A stretch of DNA of 64,000 bases from Alphaproteobacteria bacterium (GTDB taxonomy: Bacteria > Pseudomonadota > Alphaproteobacteria > Rickettsiales > SXRF01). Each line of letters begins with the position of its first letter. The first letter of the stretch is position 1. Below, one piece after another: positions 54,977 through 64,000 of the stretch. Both the position numbers and the translations under genes were made by a program. Under the pieces are notes generated by a model. That model searched no databases, was not told the DNA's origin, and saw nothing but the letters and a program-made list of their open reading frames with translations. The DNA lies in the NCBI GenBank assembly GCA_013288305.1, contig JABDCD010000001.1:4923-68922 (forward strand), written 5' to 3'.

Positions 54977-55061
54977 GCGGCCGTGGCGGAATTGGTAGAC
55001 GCACTACCTTGAGGTGGTAGCGCCGCGAGGCGTGGAAGTTCGAGTCTTCTCGGCCGCACCA
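54977..55061 (+). tRNA. tRNA-Leu (anticodon GAG), CCA encoded
   Basis: I folded the cloverleaf by hand. Acceptor GCGGCCG/CGGCCGC, anticodon stem CTACC/GGTAG with loop TTGAGGT, a long variable arm, and T-arm GGAAG TTCGAGT CTTCT. Confidence 0.9.
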
Positions 55062-55071
55062 CCCGTTTCCC

Positions 55072-55092
55072 CCGCGCCTTTGGCGCGGTTTT
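55072..55092 (+). terminator. rho-independent terminator after tRNA-Leu
   Basis: ccgcgcc-ttt-ggcgcgg followed by tttt. Confidence 0.6.
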
Positions 55093-55207
55093 GCGAAACG
55101 GAGTGTCCGCCGTCGAAGTCCCCCGAAGCCCCTTGGCGTAGGGGGAAGCTATCGAGCGTTTAGCGAGATAGCAAAGGCGGACTGGTAAATCCAGGAAAGA
55201 ACGCACC

Positions 55208-55690
55208 TTATCCCGCGATCAGCCTTAAATTCTCCAGCACCTTGGGGTCGGCCGTGTCGTCGTCATAGGTGAATTCGACGTCGTCCTTGGTGCGCACCTT
55301 GTCGGTGCGCTTGAACTTGCCGTCGACGAAGGCGCCGTCTTCGATGGTGATGGCTTCGTGCATGATGATGCCCTCGACGTTGCACGACGCGAAAAGCTGC
55401 ACGATCTTGGCGCGGATCAGCCCGCGGATCTTGCCGTAGGCGAGCACGGTGTTGGCCATGATTTCGCCCTTGATGAAGCTCTGCTCGCGCAGCGTCAGCG
55501 TGGTGCAGCGGATATTGCCGTCGAGCGTGCCGTTGAAGTCGATATTGCCCTCGCTGACGATATTGCCCAGGATGCTGACGTCCCGGGTGATGATCGACGG
55601 GATGGCGTCTTTCTTGCCGCTGGCGGCGGGGCGGGAAGTCACGGTGGCTTGGGTGGTGCTGTTATTCTTCAGAAACATAATGGCCTGCAT
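55208..55690 (-). CDS. bactofilin family cytoskeletal protein
   Basis: Repetitive beta-helix pattern: ILGNIVSEGNIDFNGTLDGNIRC...IKGEIMANTVLAYGKIRGLI...VEGIIMHEAITIEDGAFVDG. Confidence 0.85.
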   Translation of the reverse strand: MQAIMFLKNNSTTQATVTSRPAASGKKDAIPSIITRDVSILGNIVSEGNIDFNGTLDGNIRCTTLTLREQSFIKGEIMANTVLAYGKIRGLIRAKIVQLFASCNVEGIIMHEAITIEDGAFVDGKFKRTDKVRTKDDVEFTYDDDTADPKVLENLRLIAG

Positions 55691-56768
55691 CTAAGAAGTT
55701 GGCGGGATTCATGGGATGGTCGTGGTAGCGCACTTCGTAATGCAGGTGCGGGCCGGTGCTGCGCCCGGTCGAGCCCTGGATGCCGATGACATCGCCCTTA
55801 TGCACGGTCTGGCCTTCCTTGACCCGGATTTCGCTCAAATGGCCGTAACGCGTGGTGATGCCGAAGCCGTGGTCGATGTCGACGGCATTGCCGTAAGCGC
55901 CGCTGATACCGGCGAAAGCCACCGTGCCCTCGGCCGTGCTGTATATTTTGGAGCCGGTCGGCCCGGCCAGGTCAAGCCCGGAATGAAAAGCGAGATGGCC
56001 GGTGAACGGATCGATGCGGTGGCCGAACGGGCTTTGCGGCTCGGCGTCGGCGATGGGCTTGCCTAGCGGCAGGTTGCCCACGATCTGGCGCAGGACGGCC
56101 AGCTTGTCGAGATTGCCGTACATGGCGTATTCCTGTGACGACATCGCCGCCGGGATATACGGCCCGCCTTCGGATTTCGCGTTTGCGGCGGGTTTGCCCT
56201 CGGTAGCCTGTTTGCCGCCGTTGAGTTCGTGCTTCAAGTCTTCCACCTTGAGGCCGGTCTGGCGGATGACCGATTCGAGATCGCTGATGCGCCCCGACGT
56301 TTTATCGCTGACGCGCCGGATGATCGCATCGGTATTGGTTTTGAGCTCCATGACCTTATGTTCGAGAAACGCGATGCGCGCAAACATCTTGTTATGGTCG
56401 AGCGACGACAGGGTATACATCGGGTCGCTGAGCGAGGTGACGGTCGGATTGCCGGGCGCGTTGGCGTTGACATTCGTAAGTTCGGAGGTGGGGAACATGG
56501 TGTTGAAATTGGTATCGACGCGGGCGCTGGCGACGGAGCGCAGCGTCTGGCGCTGTTCCTTGAGCACGGAGCGCGCCGCCATGAAACTTCCGGTCGAATA
56601 GGACGCCCAGCATACGCCGAAGATGAGCAAGGCCAGCGTCACGAACTGCGTTTTTCCGCCGACAGGGAGATGTTTTACTTTGCGTTCGGAGATGATGATG
56701 ATGTTGCGCTTGGGAAACCAACGCTTGAAATACTCGGCTAAAGCCGCGACGGAAGAAATCATCCGCAT
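55662..56768 (-). CDS. M23 family metallopeptidase (membrane-anchored, coiled-coil linker)
   Basis: FHSGLDLAGPTGSKIYSTAEG and GSTGRSTGPHLHYEV. It overlaps the downstream bactofilin start. Confidence 0.88.
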   Translation of the reverse strand: MRMISSVAALAEYFKRWFPKRNIIIISERKVKHLPVGGKTQFVTLALLIFGVCWASYSTGSFMAARSVLKEQRQTLRSVASARVDTNFNTMFPTSELTNVNANAPGNPTVTSLSDPMYTLSSLDHNKMFARIAFLEHKVMELKTNTDAIIRRVSDKTSGRISDLESVIRQTGLKVEDLKHELNGGKQATEGKPAANAKSEGGPYIPAAMSSQEYAMYGNLDKLAVLRQIVGNLPLGKPIADAEPQSPFGHRIDPFTGHLAFHSGLDLAGPTGSKIYSTAEGTVAFAGISGAYGNAVDIDHGFGITTRYGHLSEIRVKEGQTVHKGDVIGIQGSTGRSTGPHLHYEVRYHDHPMNPANFLDAGHYVSEE

Positions 56769-56795
56769 AGTTTACCTCAGGTTGTTCAACGCAAA

Positions 56796-58142
56796 TCAGG
56801 AAGTTCCCTCCGCCTGGCGCTCAAGCGCCGCTGCGAAAAAACCATCCACCCCGTCTTGGTGCGGGTTTAGCCACAGGTACGAAACCTCATCCGTTTTATC
56901 CGTGGCGCTTGTCTTATCCCATATTTTTTTAGCGCAGACAACCCTGAAATTATTTCCGCTTTTTAAGAACTCCGTGATTTGTTTTTCATTTTCATTTTTC
57001 AAAATCGAGCACGTCGCGTAAATCAACCGCCCACCGGGCTTCACCAGCCGCGACGCGCTTTGCAGAATGGATTGCTGCAGCGCCAGCACCTCCTCCAAAT
57101 CTTTTTTTGTGAAGCGCCATTTTAAATCCGGATTGCGCCGCCACGTGCCCGTTCCGCTGCACGGCGCATCGACCAGTACGCGGTCGGCGCTGGCTTTGTG
57201 GCGCTTGATGAACGCGTCATGCTCGGAGGTGAGCACATGCGTCTGCACGTTATCGACGCCCGCGCGCCGGAGCCGCTGCACGATCTGCTCCAGCCGTTTT
57301 TCCGAATTATCCCAGGCCAGGATGCGCCCTTTATTTTGCATCGCCGCCGCCATCGCCAGCGTCTTGCCGCCTGCACCCGCGCAAAAATCGATGACTTTCA
57401 TTCCCGGCTTCGCATCGACCAGCAGCGCCACCATCTGCGAGCCTTCGTCCTGCACTTCGAAATGTCCCTGCTTGAACGGCGCCGAGGTAAAAATCGGTCC
57501 CCGCTTGGAAAGCCGCAGGCCGATGGGCGACAGTGCCGTCGGCACTGCCTCGAAACCTTCCTTGTGCAGATCGCTCTGTAATTGCTCGCGCGTCGTCTTC
57601 AACGTGTTGACGCGCAGGTCGGTCGGCGCCTGCTCATTCAGCGCGAGCAACGCTTTGTCAAAATCATCGCCCAGGCTCTGGCGCAACATGGGTTCCATCC
57701 ACTCGGGATAATTGAGTCGAATATGCGAAGGCATATTCGACTCATCCCCGCGAAGGGGGGGATCTCGTGCAGCAAGCTCCTCGCAGCGCTTCATCTCCAT
57801 CGGCGTCAATCTAGGCAGGGAATATTTACTGTCCTGCGTAATCGCATCCAACGCGCTCACCGTATAATCCCTGCGCAGCATCAAAGCAGTCAAGACGATG
57901 GCGCGCGCATGAACGGGCGATTTCAGTTTTTCCTTGAGCCACCATTCCAGCGATGCTTTGTGTCGTAAGCACCAATACACCAACTCCCCTACATACGCCC
58001 GATCCTTCGAGCCGATATAGCGATGCGATTTGAAATGCTGCTCAAGCAGCTTATCGGCGGGAAAGCGTTTTTCCGACTGCCATGCGATGAAAATCTGTTC
58101 GAGCAACTCGATGGCCGATTGAACGCGGGAGCCGGGGGTCAT
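56796..58142 (-). CDS. rsmB: 16S rRNA (cytosine-C5)-methyltransferase RsmB/Sun family
   Basis: VIDFCAGAGGKT, DRVLVDAPCSGTGTWRRNPD and ATCS. Start chosen at MTPGSRV, downstream of the repeat at 58148-58216. Confidence 0.88.
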   Translation of the reverse strand: MTPGSRVQSAIELLEQIFIAWQSEKRFPADKLLEQHFKSHRYIGSKDRAYVGELVYWCLRHKASLEWWLKEKLKSPVHARAIVLTALMLRRDYTVSALDAITQDSKYSLPRLTPMEMKRCEELAARDPPLRGDESNMPSHIRLNYPEWMEPMLRQSLGDDFDKALLALNEQAPTDLRVNTLKTTREQLQSDLHKEGFEAVPTALSPIGLRLSKRGPIFTSAPFKQGHFEVQDEGSQMVALLVDAKPGMKVIDFCAGAGGKTLAMAAAMQNKGRILAWDNSEKRLEQIVQRLRRAGVDNVQTHVLTSEHDAFIKRHKASADRVLVDAPCSGTGTWRRNPDLKWRFTKKDLEEVLALQQSILQSASRLVKPGGRLIYATCSILKNENEKQITEFLKSGNNFRVVCAKKIWDKTSATDKTDEVSYLWLNPHQDGVDGFFAAALERQAEGTS

Positions 58143-58147
58143 GAGGA

Positions 58148-58216
58148 GTGCCTTGTGCTTAGTGCTTTGTGCCTTGTAAGAAAATAACGAATTACTAGCC
58201 ACAAGGCACGAGGCAC
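58148..58216. repeat. tandem-heptamer-arm hairpin, family K (GTGCYTT), guaB|rsmB
   Basis: gtgccttgtgcttagtgctttgtgccttgt / aagaaaataacgaattactag / ccacaaggcacgaggcac. Confidence 0.85.
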
Positions 58217-58220
58217 ACTC

Positions 58221-59735
<1,515 letters not shown>

Positions 59736-59992
59736 TCATCAGGATTCTGCGGATGCGACATTCCGGCAACGCTATGAGGCGTAGATGATTTTCTCGAAAA
59801 AAAATGCTATATAAACGCAATTTTTACTTTATTATGCCTATGATTCTTATTATATAAGAGTCGTTTTGTTAACAATGCATAGGGTGTTTATGATTTTTAT
59901 CATTACAAAACAAGGATTTAAAAACAGGTTCGTGACGTTTCTCTGCCGCGAGCCTTAGAGTAGCAACATTTTCATAGAATGGACCATACGCG

Positions 59993-61264
59993 ATGAAAAA
60001 CAACACCTCCGAACCTCCGGGTTCCCGCCTCGAGCTTTCTCCCCAACTGGCAAGACGTTCCAACGTCATCTCCCTACCCACACCTCTTATCAGCGAAGAC
60101 TATTCGCCCGACCGCAGCTACCGCTCGGTCGACGACATGGTGCATGAGCTGCGCCCGGAAACGCCGGTGCAGTGCCTGCGCCCGGCGACCATCGTGGCCA
60201 CTGCCAAGCGCTTCTTGAAAGCCTTTCCTGGCGAGGTGATGTACGCCGTCAAAACCAATCCCGACCGCCGCGTGCTGGCCTATCTGGCGCGCGCCGGCGT
60301 CACGCATTACGACGTGGCGTCGCTGTCCGAAATCAAGCTGGTGGCCGATGCGCTGCCCGGCGCTGAGATGCATTTCATGCACCCGGTCAAGAGCCGCGAA
60401 GCCATTGCTGTCGCTTACGACGAATACGGCATCCGCGACTTTTCGCTCGATACGCATGAGGAGCTGCAAAAAATCCTCGACGTCACCGGTCATGCCACCG
60501 ACCTCAACCTCTATGTCCGTCTGGCCATTCCCAATGACGGCGCGGCGATGAGCCTGGCCGGGAAATTCGGCGTGCCCCTCGCTGAGGCGGCGGAATTGCT
60601 GAAAGCCACACGCGAAGCGGCCTATCATCTGGGCGTATGTTTCCATGTCGGCTCGCAATGCATGAAGCCCGACGCCTATATTTCCGCTGTCCAGCTCGTC
60701 GCCGATGTGCTGGCGGAAAGCAACGTCCGCCTCGATATCTTTGATATCGGCGGCGGCTTCCCGTCGATCTATCCGGGCATGACGCCGCCGCCGCTGTCGA
60801 ACTACATGCGGGCGGTCAAGAAAGCGCTGAAGCTCCATCCCACGCTCGCCGAATGCCAGGTGGTATGCGAACCGGGGCGCGCGCTGGTGGCCGAAGGCGG
60901 CTCGGTCGTCGCCCGCGTCGAAGCGCGCAAGGGCAACATGCTCTACATCAACGACGGCATCTACGGCAGCCTGTTCGACGCCGGAACGCCCGGCTTCGTC
61001 TTCCCGGTCAAGGCCATGCGCCCGGGCGGCACCTTGTCGCAGGAGCTGGCGGAATTCGGCTTCTTCGGCCCGACCTGCGACAGCCTCGACGCCATGAAAG
61101 GCCCGTTCCACCTGCCCAGGGACATCGCCGAAGGCGACTGGATCGAGATCGGCCAGCTCGGTGCCTACGGCGCCACCATGCGCACCAGCTTCAACGGCTT
61201 CTACTCCGACCTCACGGTTGAGGTGGCGGACAAGCCGATATTAAGCGTGACGGGTGTCAACTGA
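59993..61264 (+). CDS. PLP-dependent ornithine/lysine decarboxylase (group IV, alanine-racemase fold)
   Basis: YAVKTNPDRRVL carries the PLP lysine. Also DIGGGFP, EPGRALVA, and GPTCDSLD. Confidence 0.88.
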   Translation: MKNNTSEPPGSRLELSPQLARRSNVISLPTPLISEDYSPDRSYRSVDDMVHELRPETPVQCLRPATIVATAKRFLKAFPGEVMYAVKTNPDRRVLAYLARAGVTHYDVASLSEIKLVADALPGAEMHFMHPVKSREAIAVAYDEYGIRDFSLDTHEELQKILDVTGHATDLNLYVRLAIPNDGAAMSLAGKFGVPLAEAAELLKATREAAYHLGVCFHVGSQCMKPDAYISAVQLVADVLAESNVRLDIFDIGGGFPSIYPGMTPPPLSNYMRAVKKALKLHPTLAECQVVCEPGRALVAEGGSVVARVEARKGNMLYINDGIYGSLFDAGTPGFVFPVKAMRPGGTLSQELAEFGFFGPTCDSLDAMKGPFHLPRDIAEGDWIEIGQLGAYGATMRTSFNGFYSDLTVEVADKPILSVTGVN

Positions 61265-61268
61265 TTAT

Positions 61269-61324
61269 CCCCGCCGAATGGCGGGGTCCGGTTTTAGCCC
61301 CGCCCTAGGGCGGGGCTTAATTTT
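61269..61324 (+). terminator. two tandem GC hairpins plus a T-tract after the decarboxylase gene
   Basis: ccccgcc-gaat-ggcgggg, then gccccgcc-ctag-ggcggggc followed by ttaatttt. Confidence 0.6.
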
Positions 61325-61335
61325 AGGAGAATGTA

Positions 61336-62409
61336 ATGAAGCAAAACATTAAAGCTGTTGCTAAATCTAACCAGACCCCGCAACAAGTGCGGGGAGTAAA
61401 GCACAACCTGCTCACCAACCCCGTCGAGCATATCGACATCACCTCATTCGACGCGCGGCCGATCATCGACCAGATGCGCCGCATGTCGTTCACCTCGCGC
61501 GACCTCGCCAAGGCTGCCGAGATTTACAACATGATGCTGGCGGATAAAAAATGCAGCGTCATCCTGACGCTGGCCGGCTCTACCTCTGCGGGCGGCTGCA
61601 TGAGGCTCTATGCCGACCTTGTGAAGTTCGGCATGGTCGATGCCATCGTGGCAACGGGTGCCTCCATCGTCGATATGGATTTCTTCGAGGCGCTCGGTTT
61701 TCGCCACTATCAGGGCAGCCCGTTCGTCGACGACAAAGTCCTGCGCGAAAATTACGTCGACCGCATTTACGACACCTATATCGACGAAGAACAGCTCCAG
61801 TCCTGCGACCACACCATCAAAAAAATCGCCGATTCCCTGCCGCCCAAGCCCTATTCCAGCCGCGCCTTCATCCGCGAGATGGGCAGGTGGCTGACTAAAA
61901 ATTCCAAGAAAAAAGATTCGCTGGTTGAACTTGCATACCGCCATGACGTGCCGATTTTCTGCCCGGCCTTCACCGATTCTTCCGCCGGTTTCGGCCTCGT
62001 CGTGCACCAGGCCAAAAATCCCAAAAAGCACATGACCATCGATTCCGTGGCTGATTTCCGCGAGCTGACCGACATTAAAATCAAAGCCGGCACCACCGGC
62101 CTGCTCATGATCGGCGGCGGCGTGCCGAAAAATTTTGCGCAGGACACCGTCGTCTGCGCCGAAATCCTCGGCAAGGAAGTCGACATGCATAAATACGCCG
62201 TGCAAATCACCGTCGCCGATTCGCGCGATGGCGCCTGCAGTTCGTCTACGCTTAAGGAAGCCTGCAGCTGGGGCAAGGTGGACACCGCCTATGAACAAAT
62301 GGTCTTCGCCGAAGCCGGAAGCGTATTGCCGCTGCTGGCCAGCGACGCCTATCACCGTGGGCATTGGAAGAAACGCACCAAGAGAAATTTTGCAAAGCTG
62401 TTTTCATGA
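61336..62409 (+). CDS. deoxyhypusine synthase-like protein (homospermidine-synthase-like)
   Basis: LTLAGSTSAGGCMRLYADLVKFGMVDAIVATGASIVD and GGGVPKNF. Confidence 0.82.
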   Translation: MKQNIKAVAKSNQTPQQVRGVKHNLLTNPVEHIDITSFDARPIIDQMRRMSFTSRDLAKAAEIYNMMLADKKCSVILTLAGSTSAGGCMRLYADLVKFGMVDAIVATGASIVDMDFFEALGFRHYQGSPFVDDKVLRENYVDRIYDTYIDEEQLQSCDHTIKKIADSLPPKPYSSRAFIREMGRWLTKNSKKKDSLVELAYRHDVPIFCPAFTDSSAGFGLVVHQAKNPKKHMTIDSVADFRELTDIKIKAGTTGLLMIGGGVPKNFAQDTVVCAEILGKEVDMHKYAVQITVADSRDGACSSSTLKEACSWGKVDTAYEQMVFAEAGSVLPLLASDAYHRGHWKKRTKRNFAKLFS

Positions 62410-63641
62410 AAAAACCTTCCGCCAAAACCAAATCCCTCATCGCCAAGGGACGCAAATATTATACGCACGCCTACAAGCCGCGCGAAATGATTCTGGCGCG
62501 CGGCGTCGGCGCGATGGTGTGGGACGTGGACGGCAACGATTATATCGATCTCGGCGCGGGCATCGCCGTCACCGGCCTTGGCCATCATAATAAGGATTTG
62601 CTGAACGCGCTCACCGCACAGGCGAAAAAACTCTGGCACACCAGCAATATTTTCTTCACCGAACCGCCGATCCTGCTCGCCGAGGAACTGGTCAAAGCCT
62701 CGCGTTTCGCCAAGCGCGTGTTCTTCACCAACTCAGGTACCGAGGCCAACGAAGCGGCGATCAAGCTGGCGCGCAAATACGCCGCCGACAATGGCCGCCC
62801 GCCCGAGCGCCGCGAGATTATTTCCTTCACCGGCTCGTTCCACGGGCGCACGCTGGCGGCGGTCACGGCCACCGCCCAGCCCAAATACCATCTCGGTTTC
62901 GAACCGCTTCCGCCCGGTTTCCGTTATTGCAAATTCAACGATTTCGACGCCATCGCCAAAATGGTGAACGAAAACACCTGCGCCGTCATGCTCGAAGTCG
63001 TGCAGGGCGAGGGCGGCATCGTGCCCGCGGCAGCAGGCTTCGTGAAGCACGTGCAGGAACTCTGCCGCAAGCATGACGCGCTGCTCATCCTCGATGAAAT
63101 CCAGTGCGGCATGGGGAGATGCGGAAAATTATTCGCCTACATGGTAGAAAGCGGCGTCACGCCCGATGTGGTAACGCTGGCCAAATCCCTGGGCGGCGGC
63201 ATCCCCATCGGCGCCATGCTGGTCGGGAGCAAAGTGGAAAACACCTTTCAGTTCGGCAGCCACGGCTCGACCTTTGGTGGCAACCCTTTGGCCTGCGCCG
63301 TCGCCCGCGTCGTACTCAAAAAATTGCAGACCCCGGCGCTACAAAAAAACATCCGCGAGCGCGGCAAGCAGCTGGTATCGGCGCTAACCGCCATCAACAA
63401 GCAACATAAATTCTTCGCCGAAATCCGCGGCCGCGGCTTAATGATCGGCGCGGAACTGGCCGAACGCTATAAAGGCAAAGCCGGCGACATCACCGATTGC
63501 GCGCGAAGCCACGGTGTCCTCATCCTTCAGGCTGGCCCCAACGTCCTGCGCTTCTTGCCGCCGCTCACTATCACCGAGAAGGAGATGAAAGAGGGGACGG
63601 CAAGGCTTGTTCGTGCTATAAAAGCGTATCTTTCTAAATAA
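62406..63641 (+). CDS. astC: acetylornithine/succinylornithine aminotransferase (class III)
   Basis: FTNSGTEANEAAIKLARKY, LDEIQCGMGRCG, and TLAKSLGGG carrying the PLP lysine. Its start overlaps the upstream stop (ATGA). It is followed by astA. Confidence 0.85.
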   Translation: MKKPSAKTKSLIAKGRKYYTHAYKPREMILARGVGAMVWDVDGNDYIDLGAGIAVTGLGHHNKDLLNALTAQAKKLWHTSNIFFTEPPILLAEELVKASRFAKRVFFTNSGTEANEAAIKLARKYAADNGRPPERREIISFTGSFHGRTLAAVTATAQPKYHLGFEPLPPGFRYCKFNDFDAIAKMVNENTCAVMLEVVQGEGGIVPAAAGFVKHVQELCRKHDALLILDEIQCGMGRCGKLFAYMVESGVTPDVVTLAKSLGGGIPIGAMLVGSKVENTFQFGSHGSTFGGNPLACAVARVVLKKLQTPALQKNIRERGKQLVSALTAINKQHKFFAEIRGRGLMIGAELAERYKGKAGDITDCARSHGVLILQAGPNVLRFLPPLTITEKEMKEGTARLVRAIKAYLSK

Positions 63642-63655
63642 AAATGGGTTTTCCC

Positions 63656-64000
63656 ATGCTCCTCATCCGTCCCGTCGCCCTCTCCGATCATGCTGAAATC
63701 CTGGCGCTGGCGCGCGAGGCGGGAATCGGCATGACGTCGCTGCCGCCGGATTCAGAGGTACTGGAGCGCAAGATCGCGCGGTCGGTGGCGAGTTTTTCGG
63801 GGCTTGCGGAAGCCGAAAAAGACGAGAGTTTTTTATTCGTCCTCGAAGACGCCGAAAAGAAAAAACTGGTCGGCACCTGCGGCATCGTTGCCCATGTCGG
63901 CCTGCGCCATCCGTTTTATTCCTACAAGCTCTCAACTATCGTGCAGGCATCGGGAAACTTAGGCATTTACTCGCTGCAGCGCGTGCTGCACATGGTCAAT
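63656..64000 (+). CDS. astA: arginine N-succinyltransferase, N-terminal part (runs off the window)
   Basis: My own translation, MLLIRPVALSDHAEILALAREAGIGMTSLPPDSEVLERKIARS...FVLEDAEKKKLVGTCGI, aligns with my recollection of the E. coli AstA N-terminus. ATG 63644 is an alternative start. Confidence 0.85.
   Translation, partial: MLLIRPVALSDHAEILALAREAGIGMTSLPPDSEVLERKIARSVASFSGLAEAEKDESFLFVLEDAEKKKLVGTCGIVAHVGLRHPFYSYKLSTIVQASGNLGIYSLQRVLHMVN

Noticed and set aside
54862-55206. 114-aa minus-strand ORF, and the long lipB N-terminal extension to 55004.
   Set aside because: Both run through the tRNA-Leu gene on the opposite strand. lipB has a plausible start downstream (54893 or 54836).
54977-55207. 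Integrative element at tRNA-Leu, since tRNA genes are common att sites and an AT-rich island lies nearby.
   Set aside because: I found no integrase, excisionase or direct repeat of the tRNA 3' end in the window. The AT-shifted island (51158-54205) is separated from the tRNA by lipB.

Overview
The window is GC-rich (about 60-67% G+C in core genes where I counted) and looks alphaproteobacterial. Support: the prfA-prmC-DUF4167 and clpB neighbourhood, ATP12, PtsP(Ntr), and adk between secY and rpsM with no rpmJ or infA. About 20 kb is the complete str-S10-spc-alpha ribosomal-protein superoperon, rpsL through rplQ. It is flanked by housekeeping genes: aspS, ubiG, lysC, ptsP, ispG, hisS, prfA, clpB, pccBA, lipB, rsmB, guaB, an ODC/DHS-like polyamine pair and astCA.

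Three things stand out.
1. Five AT-shifted orphan ORFs are wedged between ribosomal-protein cistrons. Several have strong Shine-Dalgarno (SD) sites or overlapping stop/start codons.
2. Hairpin repeats are dense. One class has arms built from tandem 7-8 bp units with A/T-rich loops. There is also a bipartite ATCCTG hairpin family and a CTTGTCA-hairpin family. Many copies sit in frame inside essential genes, as Rickettsia palindromic elements (RPEs) do, and some supply start codons, SD sites or protein termini.
3. AT-rich accessory genes are scattered through the window: a Fic protein, BrnTA, VapBC splitting pccB from pccA, an ORF6N protein, a DCD-like deaminase convergent with a truncated glutamine-synthetase-like ligase, and an apparently chimeric hisS.

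I found one tRNA-Leu(GAG), and no rRNA, CRISPR array, transposase or integrase.
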